Origin: Cyanobacteriota bacterium
Lineage (GTDB): Bacteria > Cyanobacteriota > Cyanobacteriia > PCC-6307 > Cyanobiaceae
Assembly (NCBI GenBank): GCA_046052125.1
Contig: JBJOMY010000002.1
Coordinates: 256,001 to 320,000, forward strand
Length of the DNA stretch: 64,000 nt
Direction of reading: 5' to 3'
A program made the translations under genes and the position numbers. Each line of letters starts with the position of its first letter. Position 1 is the first letter of the stretch. The notes under the pieces are model-generated. The model saw nothing but the letters and a program-made list of their open reading frames with translations, was not told the DNA's origin and did no database searches. Below, piece after piece: positions 1-11,382 of this stretch.

Positions 1-1153
1 CGGGCTGGAGATCGCCCACCGCTCCGATGTGCTCGCCGCCCTGATCGCATGCCAGAACTCCGTAGCCGTGGCCGGCAGCCATGGCAAAACCACCACCAGC
101 ACCCTGGTGGCCAGCCTTCTTCACGCCACCAACCACGACCCCACTGCCGTGATCGGCGGCGTGGTGCCCGCCTTCGGCAGCAATGGCCGCAACGGCAAGG
201 GCGCGCTGCTGGTGGCGGAAGCCGATGAATCCGACGGCACCCTGGTGAAGTTCCAGGCCTGGCTGGGGGTGATCACCAACCTGGAGCTGGATCACACCGA
301 CCACTACGCCGATCTGGCTGCCCTGATCGGCACGCTGCAGCGCTTCGGCCGCGGCTGTGAGCAGCTGCTGGCCAACCGCGACTGCCCCATCCTCCGGGAA
401 CACTTCAACGCCAGCCACTGGTGGTCGACCACCAACCCCGAGGGGGTGGATTTCGCGGCCATTCCGGTGGAGCTGAGCGGCGAGCGCACCGTGGCTGAGT
501 TCTACGAACAAGGCCAGCTGATCGGCACGTTCAACCTGCCGCTCCCTGGCCTTCACAATCTCAGCAATGCCACCGCAGCGATGGCCACCTGCCGGCTGCA
601 CGGGGTGTCGTTCGCTGAGCTGCGGCAGGCGGTGGAGGGGCTGCAGGCGCCCGGACGGCGCTTCGACTACCGCGGCACCTGGTGTGAGCGGCAAGTGGTG
701 GACGACTACGCCCACCACCCCAGCGAAGTGGGGGCCACCCTGGCCACGGCCCAGCTGATGGTGAGCAGCGGCCGCAGCCCGCTGCCAGAGGCGCCCCAGC
801 GCCTGCTGGCGGTGTTCCAACCCCACCGCTACAGCCGCACCGCCGAATTCCTCGAACCCTTCGCCGAGGCCCTCTGCCAGGCCGATGAAGTGGTGCTAGC
901 GCCGCTCTACGCCGCCGGTGAAGCGCCGATCGTGGGAATCTCCAGCCATGCCCTGGCCGAGGCCATCCGCCGGACGCGGCCCAACCTCAGCGTGACGGTG
1001 ACCGACAGCATTGAGGAGCTCGCCGATGCAGTGGCTGAGCGCAGCCTGCCGGGCGATCTGGTGCTGGCCATGGGGGCCGGCGATGTGAATGGCCTTTGGG
1101 GGCGCCTGCAGAACCGAGAAGACCCCCTCGCCATGTTTCCCTTAGCCGCTTGA
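1..1153 (+). CDS. murC: UDP-N-acetylmuramate--L-alanine ligase (5' truncated by window)
   Basis: [12 protein letters not shown]-loop, [36 protein letters not shown] motifs. Confidence 0.96.
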   Translation, partial: GLEIAHRSDVLAALIACQNSVAVAGSHGKTTTSTLVASLLHATNHDPTAVIGGVVPAFGSNGRNGKGALLVAEADESDGTLVKFQAWLGVITNLELDHTDHYADLAALIGTLQRFGRGCEQLLANRDCPILREHFNASHWWSTTNPEGVDFAAIPVELSGERTVAEFYEQGQLIGTFNLPLPGLHNLSNATAAMATCRLHGVSFAELRQAVEGLQAPGRRFDYRGTWCERQVVDDYAHHPSEVGATLATAQLMVSSGRSPLPEAPQRLLAVFQPHRYSRTAEFLEPFAEALCQADEVVLAPLYAAGEAPIVGISSHALAEAIRRTRPNLSVTVTDSIEELADAVAERSLPGDLVLAMGAGDVNGLWGRLQNREDPLAMFPLAA

Positions 1154-2067
1154 GCCCCGCAACACCGCTCGCTCTGCGCCGCGCCGTCGCCCTGGCGGAC
1201 TACACCACCTGGCGGGTGGGCGGCCCGGCCCAGTGGTTTGCCGAGCCCGACAGCAGCGGCCAGTTGCAAGCCCTGCTGCAGTGGGCCCAGGCCGAGGGGC
1301 TCGAGGCACGGGTGATCGGCGCCGGCTCCAACCTGCTAGTGAGCGATGCGGGCCTCGACGGCCTCACCCTCTGCAACAGGCGTCTGCAAGGGGCCGAGCT
1401 GGACGCCAGCGCCGGGCTAATCGAAGCCCAGGCCGGTGAACCGATTCCGAGCCTGGCGCGCCGGGCCGCAAGGGCGGGGCTCTCCGGCCTGGAATGGTCG
1501 GTGGGGATTCCAGGCACCGTTGGCGGCGCCGCCGTGATGAATGCCGGAGCCCAGGGGGGCTGCACCGCCGATGTGCTCGAAAGCGTCACGGTGATCGAAC
1601 CGCACCGGCCCGATCACCCCTTCGAGCTCAGCAACCGCGAGCTCAACTTCGCCTACCGCCACAGCCGCCTACAAGACGAGCCCCTGGTGGTGCTCTCGGC
1701 TCGCTTCCGGTTGCAGGCCGGCCAGGATCCCGCCGAGCTGAGCCGCCGCACCAGCGCCAACCTGCACAGCCGCACCAGCACCCAGCCCTATCAGCAGCCC
1801 AGCTGCGGCAGCGTGTTCCGGAACCCTGAGCCCCAGAAAGCCGGGCAGCTGATCGAGGGCATGGGCCTCAAGGGCCTGAGCATCGGCGGCGCCCAGGTGT
1901 CGCCGATTCACGCCAACTTCATCGTGAACACCGGTGGCGCCACCGCCAGCGAGATCGATCAGCTGATTGCCCGGGTGCAGCAACAGGTGCAGGCCAGCCA
2001 TGGCATCACCCTCCACACCGAAGTGAAGCGGCTGGGGCCCTTTGAGGGCATCGCCCTGGCGGCCTGA
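1150..2067 (+). CDS. murB: UDP-N-acetylmuramate dehydrogenase
   Basis: [47 protein letters not shown]; probable TTG start overlapping murC stop. Confidence 0.95.
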   Translation: MSPATPLALRRAVALADYTTWRVGGPAQWFAEPDSSGQLQALLQWAQAEGLEARVIGAGSNLLVSDAGLDGLTLCNRRLQGAELDASAGLIEAQAGEPIPSLARRAARAGLSGLEWSVGIPGTVGGAAVMNAGAQGGCTADVLESVTVIEPHRPDHPFELSNRELNFAYRHSRLQDEPLVVLSARFRLQAGQDPAELSRRTSANLHSRTSTQPYQQPSCGSVFRNPEPQKAGQLIEGMGLKGLSIGGAQVSPIHANFIVNTGGATASEIDQLIARVQQQVQASHGITLHTEVKRLGPFEGIALAA

Positions 2068-2108
2068 GCAGCACCACGTAGCCTGCCGCCAGCACAGATC
2101 TCGCCCCC

Positions 2109-2447
2109 ATGGCCGGCTTCGGACTCCCCAACTTCGGCCAGCTCACCGAGGCCTTCAAAAAGGCCCAACAGATCCAGCAAGACGCCGCCAAGCTCCAGGA
2201 GGAGCTCGACGCCATGGAGCTGGAAGGCACCAGCAGCTGCGGCCGCGCCAGCGTGTGGCTCTCAGGTAACCAGCAACCCTTGAAGGTGCGCCTCGACCCC
2301 GCCCTGCTGGCCGAGGGGGCTCCCGCCGCAGAAGCAGCCACCCTCGATGCCCTCAAAGCCGCCTACGAGCTCTCCACCGGCACGATGAAGCAGCGCATGG
2401 AAGAGCTCACCGGTGGGCTCAATCTCAATCTGCCCGGCCTGGGCTGA
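2109..2447 (+). CDS. ybaB: YbaB/EbfC family nucleoid-associated protein
   Basis: 112 aa, KKAQQIQQ...LQEEL...EG pattern; usual neighbour of murB in cyanobacteria. Confidence 0.9.
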   Translation: MAGFGLPNFGQLTEAFKKAQQIQQDAAKLQEELDAMELEGTSSCGRASVWLSGNQQPLKVRLDPALLAEGAPAAEAATLDALKAAYELSTGTMKQRMEELTGGLNLNLPGLG

Positions 2448-2456
2448 GCCCGAGGC

Positions 2457-3470
2457 TCACTCCGCCTCGTCAGGCTCGTTCTGGCGCTGGCGCCGGCGCG
2501 ACACCTGCCGCAAGCGTTGATCCAGCAGCGGCTCGCGGCGGCTACCGCGCTGCTTGATGCCAGCGGTGTCGGCAGGGCGGGATCGCTCGCGGGCCACTTG
2601 GGCCTGCACCGCCTCCAAGCAGCTCCCATAAAGGGGGAAACGATCCCAGTCGCTGCCCACGGCGCAGCCGGGATCGTCCTGGTGCAGGCAATTCTTGAAA
2701 CGGCAAACGCCCGTTGCCAGCCGCTGCCGAATCTCCGGAAACAGCGGACCCAACGCCACGGGATCGGCCGGTAGATCGGGGCGGTTGAACCCTGGCGTGT
2801 CGGCCAACAGGGCTCCCGGGGCCAGAGGGAACAGCTCCACGTGGCGCGTAGTGTGTCGACCGCGCTGCAGCCGGCCCGACACGGCACTCACCCGCAGGGC
2901 CAGCTCTGGCACCAGGGCATTGATCAGGCTGCTCTTGCCCACGCCAGAGGGGCCGCAGAGCACGGCGATCCCGGGCTGGGTGAGGCGCTCCCGCAAAGCA
3001 GCGATGCCCTCCCCTTGCTGCGACGACACCAGCAGCGGCTCGTAGCCCCAGCCCCGCAACCGTTCGCGCCAGGTCTCCTGATCAGCCGCACTGAGCAGAT
3101 CGGCCTTGGTGAGCACCAGCTCCACGGCCACACCGGTGCGCTCGGCAGTGAGCAGAAAGCGGGTGAGCTGCAGTGGATCGAGCTGGGGTTGCTCCAGCGC
3201 CACCGCCACCACCACCCGGCTGCAGTTGGCCACCGCCGGACGCTCCAACAGGCTGCTGCGCGGTTCGAGAGCAGCCACGGCACCGCGGGCCTCAGGCCAG
3301 TCGATCCCATCGATCTGCACCCGATCACCCACACAGATCTGCTGGCCGGTTTTGCCCAAACGGGTGCGGCGCACGCACAGCAGATGCTCGATCCCGCCGG
3401 GACCGGGTTGATCGAGCTGCACGCGGCAGAAGTTGGCCTCCAGGGCCATCACCCGGGCCGCTTCAGCCAA
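2457..3470 (-). CDS. rsgA: ribosome small subunit-dependent GTPase A
   Basis: TKADL, GPSGVGKSS, RGRHTTR, DTPG, CRFKNCLHQDDPGCAV zinc motif. Confidence 0.95.
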   Translation of the reverse strand: MAEAARVMALEANFCRVQLDQPGPGGIEHLLCVRRTRLGKTGQQICVGDRVQIDGIDWPEARGAVAALEPRSSLLERPAVANCSRVVVAVALEQPQLDPLQLTRFLLTAERTGVAVELVLTKADLLSAADQETWRERLRGWGYEPLLVSSQQGEGIAALRERLTQPGIAVLCGPSGVGKSSLINALVPELALRVSAVSGRLQRGRHTTRHVELFPLAPGALLADTPGFNRPDLPADPVALGPLFPEIRQRLATGVCRFKNCLHQDDPGCAVGSDWDRFPLYGSCLEAVQAQVARERSRPADTAGIKQRGSRREPLLDQRLRQVSRRRQRQNEPDEAE

Positions 3471-3726
3471 GGCGTTGAATCAGCAAGCGCACGGCACCGG
3501 AGTCCAGCGGTTCGAGCTCCACCCGGTGGCCGGCCTCCCGCAGGCCCGAGGCCACCAGCTGCTCAGGCTCTCCGGGATCGAGATCCACCTGCAACCAGGC
3601 GCCGGGATCGACCTTCTCGAGCGCCAGCTTGCTGCGGATGAAGTTGAGCGGGCAGGGGGTGCCGCGCAGGTCGAGCTGAGCGGTGGGGAGTTGGCCAGAC
3701 CCAGGGGTAGTGGAGTCGGAGCTCAC
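3463..3726 (-). CDS. TusA/SirA family sulfurtransferase
   Basis: LDLRGTPCPLNF motif; GTG start inferred just downstream of dnaJ. Confidence 0.85.
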   Translation of the reverse strand: MSSDSTTPGSGQLPTAQLDLRGTPCPLNFIRSKLALEKVDPGAWLQVDLDPGEPEQLVASGLREAGHRVELEPLDSGAVRLLIQRLG

Positions 3727-3733
3727 GGGCTGA

Positions 3734-4861
3734 TCACCCGAACAAGCCGCCGAACAGGCCGCTCTTGTGGGGATGTTTCTGCCCCTTGGCGGTGTGATGG
3801 CCGGCCAACTGCTCGAGCAGCTCCTTCTCATCGCGGCTCACCTTGGTGGGCAGCTGCACCTTGATCGCGATCAGGTGGTTGCCACGTGCCACAGGGTTGC
3901 CCAGCTTGGGCACACCCTTGCCCGTGAGGGTGAGCACGGCCCCAGGCTGGGTGCCGGCCGGAATCTCCAGCTGCTCGGGGCCATCCACGGTTTCCACCTC
4001 GATCGTGTCGCCGAGGATCGCCTGGAGGTAGTTCACCACCACCTCGGAATGGATGTTGATGCCGTCGCGGCGCAGCTGCGGATGCGACTGCACGGTGAGG
4101 AACACATACAGATCTCCGGCAGGACCGCCCCGCTGGCCGGCGTTGCCCTCATTGGCCACCCGCAGACGGGTGCCGGTGTCGACCCCGGCGGGGATGTTGA
4201 TCCGCAGCTTCTTGCGCACCTGCTGCAGTCCTTGGCCACCGCAGGCATTGCAGGGATCGGCGATCACCTGACCGGTGCCTTCGCAGGTGGGGCAGGGGGC
4301 CACCTGGGTGAAGCTGCCGAAGGGGGTGCGGGTGGCACGGCGCACCTGACCGGCCCCACCGCAGGTGCCGCAGCTGGTGGGGCCGCTGCCGCTCTTGGCA
4401 CCGGAGCCGTTGCAGGTGTTGCAGGTTTCCAGGTGGCGGATCTGGATCTCCTTCTCCTGCCCGAACACCGCTTCGCTGAAGCTCACGGTGAGGTCGAAGC
4501 GCAGGTCGTCGCCCTGGCGGGGCCCGCGGCGACGGGCCCCGCCACCACCGGGGCCGCCCATGCCACCGCCGAAGCCGCTGAAGAAGGTTTCGAACAGATC
4601 GGCGAAGCCGCCCATATCGCCCATATCGGGCATGCCGGCAGCACCACCAAGACCCGCCTCGCCGAACTGGTCGTAGCGAGAGCGGGTCTGGGGATCGCTC
4701 AGCACCTCATAGGCGCGGCCGATCTCCTTGAACTTGTCTTCGGCGCCGGGTTCCTTGTTGATATCCGGGTGGTACTGGCGTGCCAGACGCCGGTAGGCCC
4801 GCTTGAGGGTGTCGGCGTCGGCGTCGCGGGCAACCCCCAGCAGGTCGTAGTAGTCGGCCAT
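3734..4861 (-). CDS. dnaJ: chaperone DnaJ
   Basis: J-domain with HPD, G/F region, four CxxCxGxG repeats. Confidence 0.97.
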   Translation of the reverse strand: MADYYDLLGVARDADADTLKRAYRRLARQYHPDINKEPGAEDKFKEIGRAYEVLSDPQTRSRYDQFGEAGLGGAAGMPDMGDMGGFADLFETFFSGFGGGMGGPGGGGARRRGPRQGDDLRFDLTVSFSEAVFGQEKEIQIRHLETCNTCNGSGAKSGSGPTSCGTCGGAGQVRRATRTPFGSFTQVAPCPTCEGTGQVIADPCNACGGQGLQQVRKKLRINIPAGVDTGTRLRVANEGNAGQRGGPAGDLYVFLTVQSHPQLRRDGINIHSEVVVNYLQAILGDTIEVETVDGPEQLEIPAGTQPGAVLTLTGKGVPKLGNPVARGNHLIAIKVQLPTKVSRDEKELLEQLAGHHTAKGQKHPHKSGLFGGLFG

Positions 4862-4864
4862 CGA

Positions 4865-5557
4865 TCAGGCCTCATGCTCGGCGGGCTGCGCTTCGGCAGG
4901 GGGTTCGCAGGCAGGAGCGGCCTCGGCACCGCTGGGGCCGGGGCCCATCGACACCTTCACCAGCGCGTGCCGCAGCACGCGGCCATTGAGGTGGTAGCCG
5001 CGCTGCAGCTCAGCGATCACCACGTCCTCGTGATGTTCATCGCTGGGCTCGCGCAGCACCGCTTCATGCAGGCTGGGGTCGAAGGGTTCGCCCTCCACCC
5101 GCATCGGCGAAACGCCCAGCTGCTTGAACACATCAACCAGCTGCTTGTAGAGGCCCTGGTAGCTGCGGTGGATGGTCTGGGCTTCTTCTGCCTGGGGCTC
5201 GAGCTGCTGGCGGGCCCGCTCGAAGTTGTCCACCACCGGCAGGATCTCGCTGAGGGTGCTGCAGGCGATCTGCACGCGCAGGTCGTCCTGATCGCGGCTC
5301 TGACGCTTGCGGAAGTTATCGAAGTCGGCGGCGATGCGCATGTATTGGCTGCGCACCGTTTCGTGCTCGGCCTTCAGGGCGTCGAGCTCGGCCTCCAGCT
5401 CCCGCACCCGCTGCTCGGGATCGGCGCTGGGGGCAGAGGATTCAGGGGCTGCCTCAGCCGCCGGAGCCTGATCGGCCACCACCTCAGCGGGGGCATCACC
5501 AGGAGTCTTGAGGGTGTCGGCGGATTCCTGGGGGAAAGGGGTCGCTTCGCCGCTCAT
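4865..5557 (-). CDS. grpE: nucleotide exchange factor GrpE
   Basis: [33 protein letters not shown]...[11 protein letters not shown]. Confidence 0.96.
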   Translation of the reverse strand: MSGEATPFPQESADTLKTPGDAPAEVVADQAPAAEAAPESSAPSADPEQRVRELEAELDALKAEHETVRSQYMRIAADFDNFRKRQSRDQDDLRVQIACSTLSEILPVVDNFERARQQLEPQAEEAQTIHRSYQGLYKQLVDVFKQLGVSPMRVEGEPFDPSLHEAVLREPSDEHHEDVVIAELQRGYHLNGRVLRHALVKVSMGPGPSGAEAAPACEPPAEAQPAEHEA

Positions 5558-5652
5558 GCTGACCGAACCGGAGATCTGATCTAGACATGTTGGTGTGAAG
5601 GGGCTCCCCCCCACAAGCGGCGGAAGCCCGCACCTCCTGTGCCCGCCCGCCG

Positions 5653-7521
5653 ATGACCCTCACCCCCACGAGGCCCGTACCGGCCGCGGCCACGGCCGAT
5701 CAACAGCGGCTGGAGGTGGAGCTGCTCCTTGGGGAGGCGGTGCTGACCCGCCAGGAGCGGCAGTTCGCCGGCGAGGAGCGCTGGCAGTGGGCCCAGGCGT
5801 TTTCGCGTGAACGCTGCCGCGAACTGAGCTGTTTGCCGGTGGCCCACAGCAATGGGCAGCTCACTGTGGCCATCCCGAGCCACTGGGGAGCGCAGCAACG
5901 CCACAACCTGGAACAGATCGCCGCCGCTGCCGCGATCCCGATCCAGCTGCGCCTGGCCCTGCCCGATGAGCTGGAGGCCGCGCTGCAGAGCGCAGGACCC
6001 ACCTCCAGCACCACTGCAACCGCCACCAGCTCTCCAACCCCTCCGCCCGCGCCGCAACCTGCGCCCAGCGCACCGCCGGCCCGCGCCGTGGCGACAGCCA
6101 CAGCGACTCCCTCGCTGGTGGACGACCTGCAACTAGAGGGGAGCGTGGAAGAGGTCCCCGCCGACACCCTCAGCGACCTCGACCTGGAGGCCACCCTCTC
6201 CGCCTCCAACGCCTCGCCGGTGGTGAGCCTGGTGGACCGGATTCTGGTGCAGGCCCTGGAGCGCAGCGCCAGCGACATCCACCTGGAACCCCAGGACGAT
6301 GGCTTAGTGATCCGTCTGCGGCAGGACGGCGTGCTCGAGCAGCTCGACAAGCTGCCGAAGAACCTCACCCCTGCGGTGACCTCCCGCCTCAAGATCATGG
6401 CGGACCTGGACATCGCCGAACGTCGCCTGCCCCAGGACGGGCGCATCCGGCGCCGCTACCAGGGCAAGCTCTTCGACCTGCGGGTCAGCACCCTGCCCAC
6501 CCGCTACGGCGAGAAGGTGTGCATGCGCCTGCTCGACAGTGGCACCACCCACCTGGGGCTCGATCGGCTGATCACCGACCCAGCGGCCCTGGCCAGCGTG
6601 CGCGAGATGGGCGGCAAACCCTTCGGGATGCTGCTGGTCACGGGCCCCACCGGCTCTGGCAAGAGCACCACGCTCTATTCCCTGCTGGCGGAGCGGAACG
6701 ACCCGGGCGTGAACATCTCCACGGTGGAGGACCCGATCGAATACACGCTCAAGGGCATCTCCCAGACCCAGGTGAACCGGGAGAAGGGCTACGACTTCGC
6801 CCTGGCCCTGCGGGCCTTCATGCGTCAGGACCCGGACGTGCTGCTGGTGGGGGAGACCCGCGACCAGGAAACCGCCAAAACCGCCATTGAGGCGGCCCTC
6901 ACCGGTCACCTGGTGCTCACAACCCTGCACTGCAACGACGCCCCCAGCGCCATCGCCCGCCTGTCAGAGATGGGGGTGGAGCCGTTCATGGTGAGCGCCT
7001 CGCTGATGGGGATCGTGTCGCAACGGCTGGTGCGGCGGGTGTGCCCCGATTGCCGCCAGCCGTATCACCCGAGCGAGCAGGAGCTAGGGCGCTTCGGCCT
7101 GTTCGCCAGCAACGAGCAATCGATCACCTTCTTCAAGGCTCGCCGCCAGCGCGACGAGGGCGAAGCGGTGTGCCCCAGCTGCCAGGGCCTGGGTTACCGC
7201 GGCCGGGTGGGGGTCTACGAGGTGCTGCGCATCAACGAAACCCTGGCCACCGCCATCGCCCAGCAGGCAAGCACCGATCGGATCCGCAAGCTAGCGATCG
7301 AATCGGGCATGAAGACCCTGCTCGGCTACGGCCTCGATCTGGTGCGCCAGGGCCACACCACCCTCGAGGAGATCGAGCGCATGATCCTCACGGATTCCAG
7401 CCTGGAATCAGAGCGGCGAGCCAAGGCGCTACACACCATCACCTGCGGCGGCTGTGGTGCCGGCATGCGCGATGAATGGCTGGAATGCCCCTACTGCCTC
7501 ACGCCACGGGGGCTGAGCTGA
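5653..7521 (+). CDS. pilB: type IV pilus assembly ATPase PilB (GspE/PulE family)
   Basis: [37 protein letters not shown], tetracysteine motif, C-terminal CGGC...CPYC. Confidence 0.93.
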   Translation: MTLTPTRPVPAAATADQQRLEVELLLGEAVLTRQERQFAGEERWQWAQAFSRERCRELSCLPVAHSNGQLTVAIPSHWGAQQRHNLEQIAAAAAIPIQLRLALPDELEAALQSAGPTSSTTATATSSPTPPPAPQPAPSAPPARAVATATATPSLVDDLQLEGSVEEVPADTLSDLDLEATLSASNASPVVSLVDRILVQALERSASDIHLEPQDDGLVIRLRQDGVLEQLDKLPKNLTPAVTSRLKIMADLDIAERRLPQDGRIRRRYQGKLFDLRVSTLPTRYGEKVCMRLLDSGTTHLGLDRLITDPAALASVREMGGKPFGMLLVTGPTGSGKSTTLYSLLAERNDPGVNISTVEDPIEYTLKGISQTQVNREKGYDFALALRAFMRQDPDVLLVGETRDQETAKTAIEAALTGHLVLTTLHCNDAPSAIARLSEMGVEPFMVSASLMGIVSQRLVRRVCPDCRQPYHPSEQELGRFGLFASNEQSITFFKARRQRDEGEAVCPSCQGLGYRGRVGVYEVLRINETLATAIAQQASTDRIRKLAIESGMKTLLGYGLDLVRQGHTTLEEIERMILTDSSLESERRAKALHTITCGGCGAGMRDEWLECPYCLTPRGLS

Positions 7522-7604
7522 AACAGGGGTCCATGCCGCAGCGGCGCCATTGCCGCCACGATCCGCCGCACCCACACTGACGGCAGGCAGGGCACAGCAG
7601 CGGC

Positions 7605-8687
7605 ATGGAGCTCCAGATCGAGCAGCTGATGGAGGAGCTGGTGCAGCAGGGCGGCAGTGATCTGCACCTGGCCGCGGGCCAGCCCCCCTACGGCCGCTTC
7701 AGCGGGGTGCTGCGCTCGATGCGCGAAGAGAAGCTCAGCGAAGACCAGTGCAACCGCCTGATCTTCTCGATGATCAACAACGCCCAGCGCAAGCAGCTGG
7801 AGCAAACCTGGGAGCTCGACTGCGCCTACGGCCTGCGGGGTGTGTCGCGCTTCCGGGTGAACGTGTACCGCCAGCGCGGCAGCTACGCCGCCTGCCTGCG
7901 GGCTCTGGGCAGCACGATTCCCAGCCTGGAGAGCCTTGAGCTGCCGCCGGTGGTGGAGGAAACCAGCCGCCGGCCTCGGGGCCTGATCCTGGTGACCGGG
8001 CCCACGGGATCAGGCAAGACCACCACCCTGGCGGCGCTGCTGGATCACATCAACCGCAGCCGCGCCGAGCACATCCTCACGATCGAAGACCCGATCGAAT
8101 TCACCTACCGCAATGAGCAGAGCGTGATCCACCAGCGCCAGCTGGGGGAAGACACCCGCAGCTTCGCCGCCGCCCTGCGCGCTGCCCTGCGCGAAGACCC
8201 CGACGTGATCCTGGTGGGGGAGATGCGCGATCTGGAAACGATCCAGCTGGCGATCACGGCCGCGGAAACGGGGCACCTGGTGTTCGGCACCCTGCACACC
8301 AGCTCCGCCGCACAGACGGTGGATCGCATGGTGGACGTGTTCCCCGCCGAGCAACAGACCCAGATCCGCGTTCAGCTGAGCGGCTCGCTGGTGGGCGTGT
8401 TCTCCCAGACCCTCTGCAAACGGCTCAACCCCAGACCGGGCCAGTTCGGGCGGGTGATGGCCCAGGAGATCCTGATCAACACCCCCGCCATCGCCAACCT
8501 GATCCGCGAGGGCAAAACAGCGCAGCTCTATTCGCAGATCCAGACCGGCGGCCAGCAGGGCATGCAGACCCTGGAGCGGGCCCTGGCCAATCTCGTGGTG
8601 CAGGGATCGGTGAGCCGCGAGGAGGCGATGGCCAAAGCGAGCAAACCGGAGGAGCTGGGCCGCCTGCTCGACGGCCAGAGCGGCTGA
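7605..8687 (+). CDS. pilT: type IV pilus retraction ATPase PilT
   Basis: GSDLHL, GPTGSGKTTT, ALREDPDVILVGEMRD, AIANLIRE motif. Confidence 0.95.
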   Translation: MELQIEQLMEELVQQGGSDLHLAAGQPPYGRFSGVLRSMREEKLSEDQCNRLIFSMINNAQRKQLEQTWELDCAYGLRGVSRFRVNVYRQRGSYAACLRALGSTIPSLESLELPPVVEETSRRPRGLILVTGPTGSGKTTTLAALLDHINRSRAEHILTIEDPIEFTYRNEQSVIHQRQLGEDTRSFAAALRAALREDPDVILVGEMRDLETIQLAITAAETGHLVFGTLHTSSAAQTVDRMVDVFPAEQQTQIRVQLSGSLVGVFSQTLCKRLNPRPGQFGRVMAQEILINTPAIANLIREGKTAQLYSQIQTGGQQGMQTLERALANLVVQGSVSREEAMAKASKPEELGRLLDGQSG

Positions 8688-8701
8688 GCTGAGCCAACCC
8701 C

Positions 8702-10015
8702 ATGCCCAGCTTCAGCGCCACGTACACCACCCGCGCCGGTCAGACCCGCCAGCTGCGCCTCACGGCCGCCGATGCCGCCAGCGCCCGCCGTGATCTGCGC
8801 CGGCGCGGGATCGTGCCCAGCGCCCTTGAGTTGGTGGACAGCGCAAGCGGGCGAGGCCGCGGCGGGCCAGCCACAGCCGCGGCCCCTCGGAGCACCGCAG
8901 GGCCAGGAACCCCCACAGGCTCCAGCACCCCAGCCACCACAGTGTTCGGCCTGGATCTCTCGGGCGTCCTGGAGGCCCGGCCTGGGATCCGCGAAAAGGC
9001 CCTGTTCGCCAACAAGCTGGCGGCCCTGGTGGATGCGGGGGTGCCGATCGTGCGCAGCCTCGATCTGATGGCGCGGCAGCAGAGGATGCCGCTGTTCAAG
9101 CGGGCGCTCACGGCGGTGAGCACCGATGTGAATCAGGGCGGCAGCCTGGGGGCGGCCCTGCGGCGTTGGCCGAAGGTGTTCGACAAGCTCACCATCGCCA
9201 TGGTGGAAGCCGGCGAGGCGGGCGGGGTGCTCGATGAGAGCCTGCGGCGGCTGGCGAAGCTACTGGAGGGCAACGCCAAGCTCCAGAACCAGATCAAGGG
9301 GGCGATGGGCTACCCGGTGGCGGTGCTGGTGATCGCCGTGCTCGTGTTCCTGGGGATGACGATCTTCCTGATTCCCACCTTCGCCGGCATCTTCGAAGAC
9401 CTGGGGGCCGAGCTGCCGCTGTTCACCCAGCTGATGGTGGACCTGAGCAAGCTGCTGCGCTCCTCCTTTTCGCTGTTGCTGGCCTTGGTGCTGCTGGTGG
9501 GGGCCTGGCTATTCAGCCGGTATTACGCCACCAGCGAAGGCCGCCGCCGCGTGGATGGGTTGCTGCTGCAGTTGCCGCTGTTCGGCGATCTGATTCAGAA
9601 AACCGCCACCGCCAAGTTCTGCCGCACCTTCAGCTCCCTCACCCGGGCGGGGGTGCCGATCATGCTCTCACTGGAGATCGTGCAAGAGACAGCGGGCAAC
9701 GCTGTGATCGCCGACGCAATCGTGGCCTCCCGCCAGGACGTGCAGGAGGGCATCCCCCTGAGCGTCGCCCTGGGGCGCAAACAGGTGTTCCCCGACCTGG
9801 CCCTGAGCATGCTCGCTATCGGCGAGGAAACAGGCCAGATGGACACGATGCTCTCCAAGGTGGCCGACTTCTACGAAGACGAAGTCGAGGCAGCTGTGAA
9901 AGCGCTCACCTCCATGCTGGAGCCGGCGATGATCGTGATCGTGGGCGGAATCGTGGGCTCGATCCTGCTGGCGATGTACCTGCCGATGTTCTCGATCTTC
10001 GATCAGATCAAGTAG
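8702..10015 (+). CDS. pilC: type IV pilus platform protein PilC (GspF family)
   Basis: AGEAGGVLD and GEETGQMD T2SSF repeats, TM helices; follows pilB-pilT. Confidence 0.93.
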   Translation: MPSFSATYTTRAGQTRQLRLTAADAASARRDLRRRGIVPSALELVDSASGRGRGGPATAAAPRSTAGPGTPTGSSTPATTVFGLDLSGVLEARPGIREKALFANKLAALVDAGVPIVRSLDLMARQQRMPLFKRALTAVSTDVNQGGSLGAALRRWPKVFDKLTIAMVEAGEAGGVLDESLRRLAKLLEGNAKLQNQIKGAMGYPVAVLVIAVLVFLGMTIFLIPTFAGIFEDLGAELPLFTQLMVDLSKLLRSSFSLLLALVLLVGAWLFSRYYATSEGRRRVDGLLLQLPLFGDLIQKTATAKFCRTFSSLTRAGVPIMLSLEIVQETAGNAVIADAIVASRQDVQEGIPLSVALGRKQVFPDLALSMLAIGEETGQMDTMLSKVADFYEDEVEAAVKALTSMLEPAMIVIVGGIVGSILLAMYLPMFSIFDQIK

Positions 10016-10021
10016 GGCGGA

Positions 10022-11332
10022 TCAAGCGGTCGCCGCCGCGATCGCCTGCCCGGCCAGCCAACCGGAGCTCCAGCAGTGCTGGAAGTTGAAGCCCCCGGTG
10101 ATGCCATCCACATCCAGAAGCTCGCCGGCCAGGTAAAGCCCGGGGGTGCAGCGGCTCTCCATGGTCGCCAGATTCACCTCCCCCAGAGGCACGCCGCCCG
10201 CAGTCACGAACTCTTCGCCAAAGGGGCCGCGGCCCGCCACGGCGTAGGTGCTGCGCCGCAAGCTCTCGATCAGGCCCTGCTGCTGACGCTTGCCCAGATC
10301 CGCCCAGCGGCGATCGGGCTCCACCCCCTGTTGATCGAGCAGGTGCTGCCAGAGGCGGCGGCTCAGGGCCGGCCAGGGCCGGGCGTTGCTGAGCTGGCGA
10401 CGGGCCTGATCGCGGCGGCAGTCGGCGAAAAGGTCCTCCAGCTGGGGCTGGGTGCGGCCACCACTCCAATCCACCCGCACGGTGCCCCGATAGCCGCAGT
10501 GGTGCAGCGCCCGGGCAGCAAACGCGGTGAGTTTGAGCGTGGCTGGCCCGCTCAAGCCCCAATGGGTGATCAACAGCGGCCCCTGCTGGCGGAAGCGATG
10601 GGCCATGCCCGGCAGCGGCGGGCCCGCGCCCTGATCGAGATCCAGCTCGAGCTCCAGATCCACCGGATCCATCACCACCCCCGCCAGGGCCACGAGCGGA
10701 TTGGGCTTGAAGGCCAGGGTGAACAGCGACGGCACCGGCGCCACCAGGCCATGGCCAAGACCCTGCGCCAGGCGACGACCGCTGGGATGGCTACCCGTAG
10801 CCAGGAGCAGGCGATCGGTTGTGAGCGCCGCTGGTTGGTCACGCCCGCCCTGGGAAGCAACGCGAACCGTGAGCGCAAAACCCCCTTCAGGCAGCACGTC
10901 TGCCCCCTGCAGAGCGCAGTGGGTGCGCAGCTCCACACCAGCGGCTGACGCCGCCCGGCGCAGGCATTGGATCACCGCCATGGAGCGATTGGCCCGGGGA
11001 AACATGCGGCCATCGGGCTCCTCCACCAGCTCCAGGCCGTGATCGTCGAACCAACCCACCGCATCACCGGCGGCGAAGCGACTGAAAGGACCCCGCAGCG
11101 CTTTGCCGCCGCGGGGGTAAGAGCCCACCAGCTCGCGCGGATCCCAACAGGCGTGGGTCACGTTGCAGCGTCCGCCGCCACTGATCAGCACCTTGCCCAG
11201 GGGCTCGGGCGTGCTCTCCAGCACCAGAACCCGCTGGAGCCCTGCCTCCGCCGCGGCGATGGCCGCCATGAAACCGGCTGGCCCACCCCCCGCCACCACC
11301 AGCGACCAGTGCTCGGGGGAGGGGGGCATCAC
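10022..11332 (-). CDS. HI0933/BaiN family flavoprotein
   Basis: GGGPAG, KVLISGGGRCNVT, VTAGGV, GELLDVDGITGGFNFQ. Confidence 0.9.
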   Translation of the reverse strand: MMPPSPEHWSLVVAGGGPAGFMAAIAAAEAGLQRVLVLESTPEPLGKVLISGGGRCNVTHACWDPRELVGSYPRGGKALRGPFSRFAAGDAVGWFDDHGLELVEEPDGRMFPRANRSMAVIQCLRRAASAAGVELRTHCALQGADVLPEGGFALTVRVASQGGRDQPAALTTDRLLLATGSHPSGRRLAQGLGHGLVAPVPSLFTLAFKPNPLVALAGVVMDPVDLELELDLDQGAGPPLPGMAHRFRQQGPLLITHWGLSGPATLKLTAFAARALHHCGYRGTVRVDWSGGRTQPQLEDLFADCRRDQARRQLSNARPWPALSRRLWQHLLDQQGVEPDRRWADLGKRQQQGLIESLRRSTYAVAGRGPFGEEFVTAGGVPLGEVNLATMESRCTPGLYLAGELLDVDGITGGFNFQHCWSSGWLAGQAIAAATA

Positions 11333-11382
11333 GCAAAGACGGGCAGAGATCAGCGTGCCTGGGCACCGGGCAGCATGAGGGC

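Noticed and set aside
3767..5584. 605-aa ORF antisense to dnaJ/grpE, and similar long antisense ORFs over purL, uvrA and the gyrA-like gene
   Set aside because: Shadow ORFs expected from high-GC codon bias opposite conserved genes; no recognisable domains.
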